This document shows, piece by piece, positions 12,204 to 22,827 of a DNA stretch of 64,000 nt (the stretch's first letter is position 1; every line of letters begins with the position of its first letter). The notes beneath the pieces were generated by a model. It did not search any database. It saw only the letters and a list, made by a program, of their open reading frames with translations, and was not told the DNA's origin. Made by a program: the position numbers and the translations under genes. The DNA lies in the NCBI RefSeq assembly GCF_006345805.1, contig NC_042998.1, forward strand, positions 132,184,001-132,248,000, given 5' to 3'. Source of the stretch: Octopus sinensis (taxonomy: Eukaryota).

Positions 12204-12430
12204 AGAGTTTACGAAAAAAACAAAAGATGAAGACAGGTGGAGTACAAAAACAAACAGATGTATTAGTATAACGCTCAGGAATAGAAAAAGTCTTTTACGT
12301 TTCGAGCCTACGCTCTTCTACAGAAAGGGACACAGAAAAAAACAAGGAGAGAAAAAATGTGTGTATTGGCTAACGATCTATCATGGCGACTAGTGCCGGA
12401 CAGAAGGGTCAAACACGAGAAGGAAAGTAG

Positions 12431-12432
<2 letters not shown>
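12201..12432 (-). mobile_element. (TA)n-anchored HHR-bearing element, family 1 (Penelope pLTR-like)
   Basis: Homologous to 16228-16404(+) and 62086-62281(-); 3' end ...cgtaaactctccc abuts (TA)n. Confidence 0.75.
12292..12327 (-). ncRNA. Minimal type-I hammerhead motif (family 1)
   Basis: Minus strand: CTTT CTGTAGA A GAGC-GTAG-GCTC GAAA CG TA AAAG. Confidence 0.55.
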
Positions 12433-12474
<42 letters not shown>

Positions 12475-12587
12475 GATTCATGTTCGAATTTTTCTATAGA
12501 AATGGTTTTTTTAAAATCCGATATACACACGTTTTTATTTATAACTTAATCTGCCTCAAGATCCACCATTCCCAAAAGAATTACTTC

Positions 12588-12635
<48 letters not shown>

Positions 12636-12870
12636 ATGCATGTGTACGTGTGCGTGTGTTTCGTTTTCTGTATATACATGTTAACGGTTGCTTTATGTTA
12701 ATAAATGAGATTTTTTTTTCTTTCCATCATGTTCTACCATAACTTGTTATTAAATTCAGATGTTTTGTTCTGTTGAAATGTTTTCTTTGTCCCTCAGACT
12801 ACAATCTTTCGAAAATCGGAACCATTAAACTCCGAGTAATGATACTTATGTGTGTGGGCAATGTTCAGTT

Positions 12871-12911
<41 letters not shown>

Positions 12912-13274
12912 GCACAAAAAATTGTTGTATATGTAATTCATGTTATATGGTATAGATTTAGTATATATATATATTCATATATACGCACACACATACTATG
13001 TGTATGAGTCTTATTTTTTGTCTGTGGTGTATATCTAAAAACCCGATCAGTACTATGAAATAAAAAAAAATTAAAACAAATCAAAAACTAAACAGGAAAT
13101 ACAAGATATAAAAACAACATACAAAAAAAAGTTTTAATAAAAACAAAAAATCAGTAACAAGAAAATATTCCTCGAGTTCTTTATCACTTTTTTTTATCTT
13201 ATTATTTTTGGACAGAAGTGGTGGTGGTGGTTGTGGCGGCGGCGTGTGGTACATGGTTTTGAATGGGTTTGAGA

Positions 13275-13345
13275 TTGTTTGGCGGGAGAGGCGGGTTGGG
13301 ATGGCAATATATAAAACACAGTCTTTCTTCACTCGACTCAAAGTA
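13275..13345 (+). promoter_or_regulatory. Candidate TATA core promoter
   Basis: GC-box-like ggcgggag / ggcgggt at 13281-13297, TATATAAAA at 13308-13316 and a CA at 13339-13340 about 30 nt downstream, in non-repeat DNA. Motifs only. Confidence 0.25.
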
Positions 13346-13956
13346 AATATTTTCAAACCATTTACGAAAATAGTTATTATATAACACAGGAAGTTAACTT
13401 GAATTTATCTCACTTATAAATATCTCACATTTTAAAGCCTGTGTGTTTGTTGTATATGAATTATGTTTATAAGTTTATTAATTACAGTAGCATTAGTTGC
13501 AGAGGGCTGGTGGTATTGCTATTGTTGTTGTTGTTGTTGCTATGTTTGTGGTTTAACCTCCAAGAGCAAGCACATCCCGCTATTTTTTCCTCCTTTTCTT
13601 TGAGTATATAGAGCCTCTAGATAAAAAAAAAAACTATGGAGGACGTCTCCTGCCTTAATTTTTTTTTAGTGAAAGACGATATGAGGTTAAATTTAACACT
13701 ATTTCTAACATTTTCAGCGTAAAATGGTCTTTCATTAATAATGGTTGTTTATAGTCTTGGTCTAGTAAGACTATTTTATTAGTAAGTTTTCTCGTCACGA
13801 CCACTGTATTTTGTTTTTTAACTTTGCTTTCCAACCATCTGGTCTTGGGTTCAAGACCCACTTCACGGCACCTGAAGCAAATGTCTACTGTTTTACCCAC
13901 TGGCTAACCAAAGCCTTTGTGAGTGGATTCGATAAACGGAAACTGAAAGAAATCCG

Positions 13957-14382
13957 GGATCTTTTCGGTTTGACCGGCAGATTTTTAAAATAATTTCCAT
14001 GTAACTTAAACACTTAAACTTCGTATACTGGTAGAATGTGTTTATAAAACATCTTTTTCTCTTGGCTTTATTGAGAAAATTCTATAGTTTGTAAGATATT
14101 TGTTGTCTTTTTCTTCAATTTCTGCAATTTCAACCAATCAATGACGTCTGTTGAGGTGAAAACATTCTGTGCCATATGAATATGTTCCTCGTTTAAAAAA
14201 CAAATTGGGTTTATTTACATTTCTGAAGAAAAAAAGAGATACCCTTCCCCCACCCCTAACCCTAACTAACCCTAACCCTAAAACAGATTGAAATGCAATA
14301 GATCGATACTAGGGTCATAATTATGGGCGACAATTTCATATGACACCGCTAGAAAAAACTGCCGGTGAGACCGAAAAGATCC
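13957..14382. mobile_element. Non-autonomous DNA transposon, 24-bp TIRs (GG...CC), 8-bp TSD; Merlin, hAT or P class
   Basis: TIRs ggatcttttcggtttgaccggcag / ctgccggtgagaccgaaaagatcc (22/24). TSD gaaatccg at 13949-13956 and 14383-14390. Confidence 0.9.
14254..14281 (+). repeat. Short (CCCTAA)n telomere-motif tract inside the MITE
   Basis: ccctaa ccctaa ctaa ccctaa ccctaa. Confidence 0.85.
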
Positions 14383-14452
14383 GAAATCCGTCGCGTGTGT
14401 GTGTGTTATAGGGTAATAGGGTACTTTCGGGAAGGTGCGTACTCCTCTCTCT

Positions 14453-14507
<55 letters not shown>

Positions 14508-14529
14508 TTCTATCTATCTATCTCTGGTA

Positions 14530-14921
14530 ATTGTTCAGTTTAGTGATATTAAAAGAGTAAATAAAAATTAAGGGTATGATACCTAGTAATGGGACATAAA
14601 TACTGGATATTATCTACTTTGGAATTGATCAGAATGGCACGTGGAAGACCAGCAGGACCTCGATTCATTGTTTCTGAAATTGAAATCCTCAACCGTGAAT
14701 CAATCTTAGAATATCACCCAATTAGCGGAATAACGAGACAAGGTTCTTCAGTGATTGGCACGGCGTCAACTAATTATGAATTTATACGTGCGAAAATTGC
14801 AATTCGCCATATCTTCTTACTACAGTATTTGTTGCTCAACAGTGAGTTGACTTATGTATGGCCCTTTAGTTATCACCCCCTAATTTTTATTTACTTTTTT
14901 AATATCACTAAACTAAACAAT
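14530..14921. mobile_element. MITE with ~45-bp TIRs
   Basis: attgttcagtttagtgatattaaaagagtaaataaaaattaaggg / ccccctaatttttatttactttttaatatcactaaactaaacaat. A truncated TIR copy recurs at 15430-15460. Confidence 0.8.
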
Positions 14922-15367
14922 ATATATATATACATTTTTTCCCCTTGTTTTTACCCCTCTGCAAAGGAATTTTATTTAATTCTTTCTCAGGAAGGACTAC
15001 TAGTTCGACGAGACGTGTTCTGTCTTCACCTTCGAAACACGCTGGAGTTGAACTAGGGACGGCTGATGAAGGGGATTTTTCCTTGTGTAGTTGTCTTGTA
15101 CTCTGTTTTTTCGTTGTTAAAGGAATGGTCCGTTCATTGCTGTTTTTGCGTTTTCGTTTCTCGTTGAGTTCTACGTCTATTTGTGGTGCCCTGTACACAC
15201 GTATATATATTTATATATGCATGTATATATACATGTAGATGTAGGTACGTACATATATGTTTGTATGTATGCATATATTTTATCTATTACACTATTGTAT
15301 GACTGAGCGCCTTCGCGTCGATTCGATTCGTTTGGTTTCGTTTCGTTTCTTCTTCTCTAAGCTGGTT

Positions 15368-15435
<68 letters not shown>

Positions 15436-15510
15436 CAGTTTAGTGATATTAAAAAAGTAAAAGACGAAGACGGCTCGGGAAGTGAGAAAGTCTTTTACGT
15501 TTCGAGCCTA

Positions 15511-15785
15511 TATTTGTTTCAGTCATTTGACTGCGGTCATGTTGGAGCACCGCCTTTAGTCGAACAAATCGACCCCAGGACTTATTCTTTGTAAGCCTAG
15601 TACTTATTCTATCGGTCTCTTTTGCCGAACCGCTAAGTTACAGGGACGTGAACACACCAACATCGGTTGTCAAGCGATGGTTTGGGTAGACACAGACAAC
15701 ACACACATATATCTACGACGGGCTTCTTTCAGTTTCCGTCTACGTGGTTGATAAGCAAGCTACTTACCACGCAACCACTCCTGTG
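15511..15785 (-). mobile_element. SINE family A, internally deleted
   Basis: 3' body and head match the consensus; the middle is missing. Confidence 0.85.
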
Positions 15786-15883
<98 letters not shown>

Positions 15884-15924
15884 AGTACGCACCTTCCGAA
15901 AGTATTGTAAGTTATGCAAGTGAA

Positions 15925-16207
15925 GGCGCTTGGCATAGTGGTTAGGGTATTCGGCTTACGATCATTAGGCCGTGCGTTCGATTCCCGGCGACGCGTTGTG
16001 TCCTTGAGCAAGATGCTTTATTTCACTTTGCTCCATTGCACTCAGCTGACAAAAATAAGTTGTACTTGTTATTCAAAGGGCCAGCCTTGTCGCTCTGTGT
16101 TACGCTGAATCTCCCTGAGAACTTCGTTATGGGTACGCGTTAATTTCACGAGGTGTCTGTTCCGTTGGTCGGATCAGCTGGAACCATCGTCATCGTGACC
16201 GATAGAG
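15925..16207 (+). mobile_element. SINE with tRNA head, E core and B tail
   Basis: ggcgcttggcatagtggttagg...gttcgattccc...ccttgagcaagatgctttatttcac...caaagggccagccttgtc...gtgaccgatagagtg. Confidence 0.8.
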
Positions 16208-16227
16208 TGGCATATATATATATATAT

Positions 16228-16404
16228 ATTTTTTTTCTCTCCTTTTTTTCTCTCTCCTTTTTTTTCTGTGTACCTTTCTGTAGAAGAGCGTAGGCTCGAA
16301 ACGTAAAAGACTTTTTCTATTCCTGAGCGCTATACTAATACATCTGTTTGTTTTTGTACACCACCTGTCTTCGTCTTTTGTTTTTTTTTCGTAAACTTTT
16401 CCTT
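16228..16404 (+). mobile_element. (TA)n-anchored HHR-bearing element, family 1
   Basis: Homologous to 12201-12432 and 62086-62281; 3' end abuts (TA)n. Confidence 0.75.
16274..16309 (+). ncRNA. Minimal type-I hammerhead motif (family 1)
   Basis: CTTT CTGTAGA A GAGC-GTAG-GCTC GAAA CG TA AAAG; predicted GUA cleavage after 16305. Confidence 0.55.
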
Positions 16405-16426
16405 TATATATATATATATATATAAC

Positions 16427-16671
16427 TTCTGTTCTTTCAACATGTGATCTCTTGAGCACCACCAGCAAAAAATTTTTTTCCTCTGTCTTCCCTTCTCGGG
16501 ATCTTTCCTTCTCCTTTGTTTCCGACGAAGAGCTCCGCTCGAAACGTTAAACCCTCCTTCCCTTCTTTGCTGAGCGTCAAATAATACTTTAATGTTCCAC
16601 GTCCTCGCGTTGCTGTGTTTTTTTTTCTGTGTTTTCTTGTTTGGATTAACTTTATATATATTAATATATAT
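16427..16671 (+). mobile_element. (TA)n-anchored HHR-bearing element, family 2
   Basis: 3' part is near-identical to 24429-24542; ends ttggattaac at (TA)n. Confidence 0.75.
16518..16552 (+). ncRNA. Minimal type-I hammerhead motif (family 2)
   Basis: GTTT CCGACGA A GAGC-TCC-GCTC GAAA CG TT AAAC; stem I GTTT/AAAC; predicted GUU cleavage after 16548. Confidence 0.6.
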
Positions 16672-16744
16672 ATATATAATATAATATATATATATATATA
16701 TATACACACACATACATACATACACACGCGCGCGCGTGTGTGTT

Positions 16745-16935
16745 TGTCACCTACTACCACTTGACAGGTGATAGTTTGTTTACGTCCCCATTACTTACTG
16801 GTTCGTCAAAAGTATCTTGTAGAATACTTGCAAAGCTTTAAAATAAATAAATACTGGGATCGTCGGTTTGTCCGACGAAACTCATGAAGCCGGCGCCCCA
16901 ACATGGTCACAGTCCATTGGCTGAAACAAGTAAAA
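16745..16935 (+). mobile_element. SINE family A, 3' half
   Basis: tttacgtcccc...ggttcgtcaaaag...caacatggtcacagtcc...gctgaaacaagtaaaaga. Confidence 0.75.
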
Positions 16936-17439
16936 GATTAAAAATGAATACGATAAAAACAGTTTCTAGAACACATGATCCAGTCTGTCCTTCCCATTTT
17001 TGTTTAAATATTTGGTCGTACTCTGAAGGAGAGGTGGATTCTATTTCTAGCAGATTCGAGTGGCTTCTTCTTCCTATTGGCTTCTTCTTCCCTGATGAAT
17101 ACATTATAGCACCGCATATTTAAAAATATATACATTTTTTATATATAATTTTTGTTTCCTACTCCTAATCTCTCTCTCTCTCGCAGAATATGATTTATCT
17201 GATTTTCGAAATGTTATTCAGTTTTATCCAATTTAGACCATTACTTGTTCGACAGACGTTTTCCTTTTCTGCAATATAATGTTATACGCACACACAGCTT
17301 GTCTGTGGTACGATAACAAATACTAAAAAAAATAAAGTGTAAAAGACTTTTATGCAAATATTATCGTTTTTATTAGGTAAAAACATCAAAGTTTGCTCTT
17401 GCTATATTCAAATCAAATGTTCAAAATAAGCTCCTTCTA

Positions 17440-17715
17440 CTGCCAAGCAGTCTTGTAATCTTTCAGGCACCGACCGATTGGCAACGCTTTGAGGCATAAA
17501 TCAGCTGTCACGTGCTGAATATTTAACAAGATGGCGTAGTGACAGCTGGAACGCCTTTGATAAAATATGTCTGTTCGATATGGCTGACTTGGGACTAAAC
17601 AACAACAACAATAATGCACCGTTATATTACAACATAACGACAGGGTATCTACGTGGCCATTGGACTTGCTAAAAATAGCAGCTAAATATCCTCTTGAAAA
17701 GAAGGCAATATTTGG
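17440..17715 (-). repeat. Unclassified interspersed repeat family F (gcattccagc / gctgctatttctag motifs)
   Basis: Related copies at ~5825-5900, 26075-26235, 33660-33905, 56195-56620 (split by a SINE), 57505-57630 and 58195-58240. Confidence 0.6.
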
Positions 17716-18739
17716 TAATATCGTATTAGGACACACTACATGTAAATGATAACACACCAGAAAATGTGATTGGCTATAACATCTCTTTCATTTATTTTAC
17801 ACTGTTATTATAGAATGGACTTATGACAAATTCCATCCATTTGGTCCTTTGTTCATTAAATATTCGTTTTTTGTTTCCCCTTTGAATTTTTTTTTCCACT
17901 CTAGCATGTCTTGGATGAGAATTGGTTTTGAGATAGGGTTTTTCTAGCTGGATGCTTTACCAGGGTTTTTTTATAATTTACAAGTGCAGTGCATCTAGTC
18001 ATAATGTTACCTAACAAGGAATATCCACTTTACCACTTTACTCATTCGTATGGTGACAATCAAAATATCAATATTTGTGCACATTTATGTACATACAACA
18101 CTCACACACCACACACACACACTGGGCTTAATACAGTTTTCATCTGTCACAAGGTATTGATCATTCCAGGTCTATAGTAGAAAATACTTGCCCAAGATGC
18201 CACACAGTAGAACTGCGTTTGAAATCGTAAGGTTGCAAAGCAAATTTTTTTAACTATACACTCATGCTTGTGTCTCTATGTAATGCATTATTTCATAACA
18301 CAAACTCAAATCTCTACTCTGAGTACTGAGGAAATATCATATATTAATGATAGCTGATCAAAAAAGAAAAAAAAAAAAAACTAATGAGGGAAATTGATTT
18401 ATAAATGAATTTGATTGTTGCAAGTGGTTGGGCATTCAGCCACAGAAATCAAGCCAAAACAGACTATGGAATCTAGTGTGGACCTTGACATTGCCAGTTC
18501 CTGTCAAGCCCATCCAACCCATGCCAGCATGGAAAACAGGCCTTAAATGTTGATGATGATTTCCAACCAAACGTTTATATGTTCCATCTGTGATAAAGCT
18601 ACACCCCAGGGCATTCAACCATCAAAAGATCTATAAATGAAGTTCTTGTCATCAGATTTCATGTGTAACTGTAAGCAAGTGGCACAGACACATGTGTGTA
18701 TGTTTGTATGTTATTTTTAAAGGTGCGTGTGATGAGTTT

Positions 18740-19301
18740 GAGGAATTTATCATATAGGTTGGTGTCCTGTAGGATTCTTTTCTCAGCACCCCTGGTATTT
18801 ATTATAGTTCACCAGGCCAATACAGAGGAGAAGTTTAAGGTGAGATGTCCATGGGAACTTCTTTTTTTTCAATGACCTAGTTTTTGTAGATGATTCTGTT
18901 GAAGAATTAGAGAAACAATTCCAAACATGGGAGCAAACGCTTGAATAAAGAGGTCTTCAAGTAAGCATAACAAAGACAAAAGTTTTAATTAGCTGGAAAG
19001 AAGATATGATTCTCCTTCCCTCTGAAAAGTGGCCATGCTTGATATGGAGAGAAAAAGTAAGTAGGAATGTTATACAGCGTAACCAAAGTAAACTATGGGT
19101 GCATAAAACATATAGAAGATCACAGGTAAACTGAATGAAAAGGAAGACTTCATACAGGGCAGATGAACAAGAGTTGTTAGTAATATGAGTAGCAGTGAAG
19201 TAAATTCATTCAAATGCTCGGTAGGTGACTAATTAGCTGTGAAAATAAGTGTTCTGAAAGCATAGTAATAAGAGTAAGAATTACCTCTGCTGGCAATGAA
19301 G

Positions 19302-19342
<41 letters not shown>

Positions 19343-19760
19343 GGAGTGTGTGAGGCTTTTAAATAAAGTGTGATGTGCAGTTAGGAGATGCTGGGAAGTG
19401 TGAGAGGGTGTGGTACATGTGTATGAAGTGCAAAACATTGGCATAAATATGTGGAGGATGTATGGAAGATGGAATCAAATGAGGTGAACATAGATGTGTA
19501 ACATTAGAGTGCATGAGCAATATTGCACCAGTGAACAGAAGAGAAAATCTAGGTATAAGGGGAATCAGATGTAGTGTGCAAGAGGGAAGGCTAAAGTGAT
19601 GTGGTGGGGGAATGACATTTGGCAATTTTCAAGTGATCCAGATGGAAGGAACATTCAAAAAAGAGGGTCATAAGGAAGAAGTGAAGAAGGCTGATTTTAA
19701 GGAGTTGAAATATACAAGGGGTTGTAATAAGTGGTAAAGTGTTGTGATGGTGAAACTGTC
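18740..19760 (+). mobile_element. Old RTE LINE fragment (RT and downstream), split by (CT)n
   Basis: Decayed CPWELL..DDLV..SVEELEKQFQTW...GLQV, KWPCLI...KLWVHK, and LGIRGIRCSVQEGRL segments. Confidence 0.7.
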
Positions 19761-19819
19761 CAGCTGTTCCTAGTATCAACAAATCGACATAAAAATGATG
19801 AGGAGGTTGTGTTTGAGTA

Positions 19820-20110
19820 TCATCATCATCATCGTCTCCGTGCTAGCACAGGTTGGACGCTTCGACTGGGGTCTGGGAAGCCAGAAGGCTGCACCAGGCT
19901 CCAGTCTGATCTGGCAGTGTTTCTACAGCTGGATGCCCTTCCTAATGCCAACCACTCCGTGAGTGTAGTGGGTGCTTTTTACGTGCCATGGGAGGCTGGC
20001 AACGGCCACGATCGGTTGGTGCTTTTTACGAGCCACCGGCACAGAAGCCAGTCAAGGCGGCGCTGGCATCGGCCACGTTCAGATGGTGCTTTTTACATGC
20101 CACCAGCACA
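19820..20110 (-). mobile_element. RTE LINE 3' UTR fragment ((GAT)n tail)
   Basis: catcatcatc...gctggatgcccttcctaatgccaaccactcc...gtgctttttacgtgcc. The same sequence forms the 3' end of the RTE at 39180-39390. Further copies at ~18420-18560(+), 21520-21680(-), 26938-27290(-), 28850-29050(-), 34430-34590(+), 37500-37680(-), 44200-44490(+), 63085-63220(-) and 63460-63730(+). Confidence 0.8.
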
Positions 20111-20590
20111 GACTGTATAGAGGTATATCTGTGAATAAATTACATAAATACACTGCAATGCAATACAATAAGGACACAAGGCTGCCTAATAGTACCTCAC
20201 TTTATGAGGACCTGCTTTAAGAGCCCCCGGTTTTGCGAGTTTTACTTTTTAAGCACAACATCCCAAAGTTTGAATGAAGTGCAAAAGTTTCTACTATCAT
20301 AACAAATGCTTTTGCGTGTTACCGAGAAATTCGTAGAGATGAGAAAAAGCTTCTTCCAAGCAAACAACTCTAGGCTTGTCTTTCAAAAAGAAATCTATAA
20401 GTCTGTCTTTGGGTGCTTGTGAATCGGGAATCGTATCTACAAGTGATGGTGTGCACATGTCTAGTGTGAGTGAAAGTGATTCAGAAAATGATTATAATAA
20501 TATTTCTTATAATTATTGAGCTTCACATTCTTTTTACTTTACATAAAATATTCCTTACATTCTATTGTTATTTTATTGCCATTTATTTAC

Positions 20591-20985
20591 AAGGCGTAGG
20601 AGTGGCTGTGTGGTGAGTAGCTTGCTTCCGAACCACATGGTTCCGGGTTCAGTCCCACTGCGTGGCACCTTGGGAAAGTGTCTTCTACTATAGCCTCGGG
20701 CTGACCAAAGCATTATGAGTGGATTTGGTAGACGGAAACTGAAAGAAGCCCATCGTATATATGTATATATATGTGTGCGTGTTTGTGTGTCTGTGTTTGT
20801 CCCCCCAACATCACTTGACAACCGATGCTGGTGTGTTTGCGTCCCCATCACATAGCGGTTCGGCAAAAGAGACCAATAGAATAAGTACTAGGCTTACAAA
20901 GAATAAGTCCTGGGGTCGATTTGCTCGACAAAAGGCGGTGCTCCAGCATGGCCACAGTCAAATGACTGAAACAAGTAAAAGAATA
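20591..20985 (+). mobile_element. Full-length young SINE family A
   Basis: A-box and B-box head, internal (TA/TG) microsatellite, 3' gactgaaacaagtaaaaga tail. More decayed copies at ~18110-18270, 21785-21935, 26335-26480, 26715-26940, 27298-27475, 47510-47605, 48575-48745, 55115-55320, 62930-63065 and 63795-63945. Confidence 0.9.
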
Positions 20986-22528
20986 AATATTATAAATTTT
21001 ATGGGTAAAGTATTTTTCTGGAGAGATGATGAAGTACGATTTATAACATTGCTACACGAGAAATTATTGCCCTGCTTTACTGAATTTTTCGCTTTACGAG
21101 TGGCCTCCAAGAACAAATTAACTCGTATATTGAGGCATTACCATACATGTGTTCAGTGTGTATGATGTGGAGTGACTATGTAGTTTAGAAGTGACAAAAA
21201 TAAAATTCTGAGCCTACAGACATTCCTTCAAAGGCTGTAGACGAGATATGCAGTAGGTGAAGCATATCTTTCTCTAACCGAAGACTTAATAACAGAAAAC
21301 AACTGATAAACAATGGGTCATTGTGGTTTAGACCCTGGGTCAATGACTCTGATTAAGTGGATTTGTAATCACTGGCATTCCATTCATTAATCATTCTAAT
21401 CTGTTTAGGGACTTCCAGGATGATATTTTCCAATGCAGCCTTCTCGTTTTCAAGGTGTCAGTACATAATGTCATATAATATCTAATTACTATACTATCAA
21501 AACATCCATCAGCATGTGTTTGTATGTATATATATATACATCATCATCATCATCATCCACTTTTCCATGCTTGCACAGGTCAGACAAAATTTGCTGAGGC
21601 CAATTTTCTATGGTTGGATGCTCTTCCTGCCGTCAACCCTTACCTGCTTCCAGGCAAGATGAAGCTTACCATGGTCAGACATGTTTTTCCACAGATGACT
21701 GGAAATGTATGACATCACTCATATGATGGCAATGCGTGTTTGCAACTATCACATGATGTCAGGTCAAGAGTACACACAGACACACCCACATACAAAGGGC
21801 TTTTTTCAGTTTCCATCTACCTAATCCACTCATAAGGATTGGGCTACAGTAGTACATGGCACTTTTTCAAGGTTCCATGCAGTGGGACTTCCAAGACCAC
21901 ATGGTTGGGAAGTAAACTCCTTACCCACGCAGCTACATTTACACCTATACACGCGCACACACACACACACACACATACACACACACACACACACACATAC
22001 ACACACACACACACATACACACACACACACACACACAGAGTATGTGTATGCTTTTGTTGTTCCAACCAACATTGATATTACCATTTCTGTTTCAACATCA
22101 TTATATCATTGCTGCTACACAAGTCAAACAATAACGGCAAAGAACAAACAATGGCATTTGGCAGTCGTGTTGATGGTGGTGGTGGTGGTGGTAGTAGTGG
22201 CGGGTGGTGGAAATTTCCGAGTACAATAAGTGTATACTTTAAGGAAGTATATCCAGCGAATGGCTCTTCATATTACTTCCCTTAATTTCACTTATTTTTT
22301 ATTTTAAATTTTACAAAAGTTCTCTGTGTTTGTTTGTTTGTTTGTGCGTGTGTGTGTGTGTGTGTGTGTGTGCGTGTGTTTTGAAATCCTGAAAATATTC
22401 AACGACAATAATTTCTCTAATTATGTTACTAGTTTTATATGTGCATGTGACTGGCTGATACACACAAACACACACACACACATATATATATATATACACA
22501 CACACATATATATATATCATATAATACA

Positions 22529-22559
<31 letters not shown>

Positions 22560-22573
22560 CATATAATACAAAA

Positions 22574-22615
<42 letters not shown>

Positions 22616-22792
22616 AAACACACACACACATATATATATATATATACACACACATATATATATATATATTTATCAGAAACACACACACACATATATATTT
22701 GTACACACACTCGCACCTCATTTGTTAATAAGTGACAAATAAAACAAAAGGATACGCTATTATATACAGAACTTTGTTGTGTGTGTGTGTGT

Positions 22793-22827
<35 letters not shown>

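Larger units (their letters stand above)
13810..14400 (+). mobile_element. SINE family A 5' half, interrupted by a MITE
   Basis: SINE sequence ...ggaaactgaaagaaatccg resumes as tcgcgtgtgtg after 14390. Confidence 0.75.
14424..15902. mobile_element. TIR pair with inner (CT)n/(GA)n arms enclosing nested insertions
   Basis: ta|ctttcgggaaggtgcgtactc(ct)n at 14422-14500 and (ga)n-aagtacgcaccttccgaaag|ta at 15848-15904 are inverted; flanking TA. Confidence 0.65.

Noticed and set aside
14254-14281. Telomere or chromosome-healing site
   Set aside because: Only about 4 units, and they are internal to a TSD-flanked MITE.
14589-15056. 155-aa ORF
   Set aside because: Runs through a MITE, its TIR and a (TA)n tract into another repeat; no recognisable domain.
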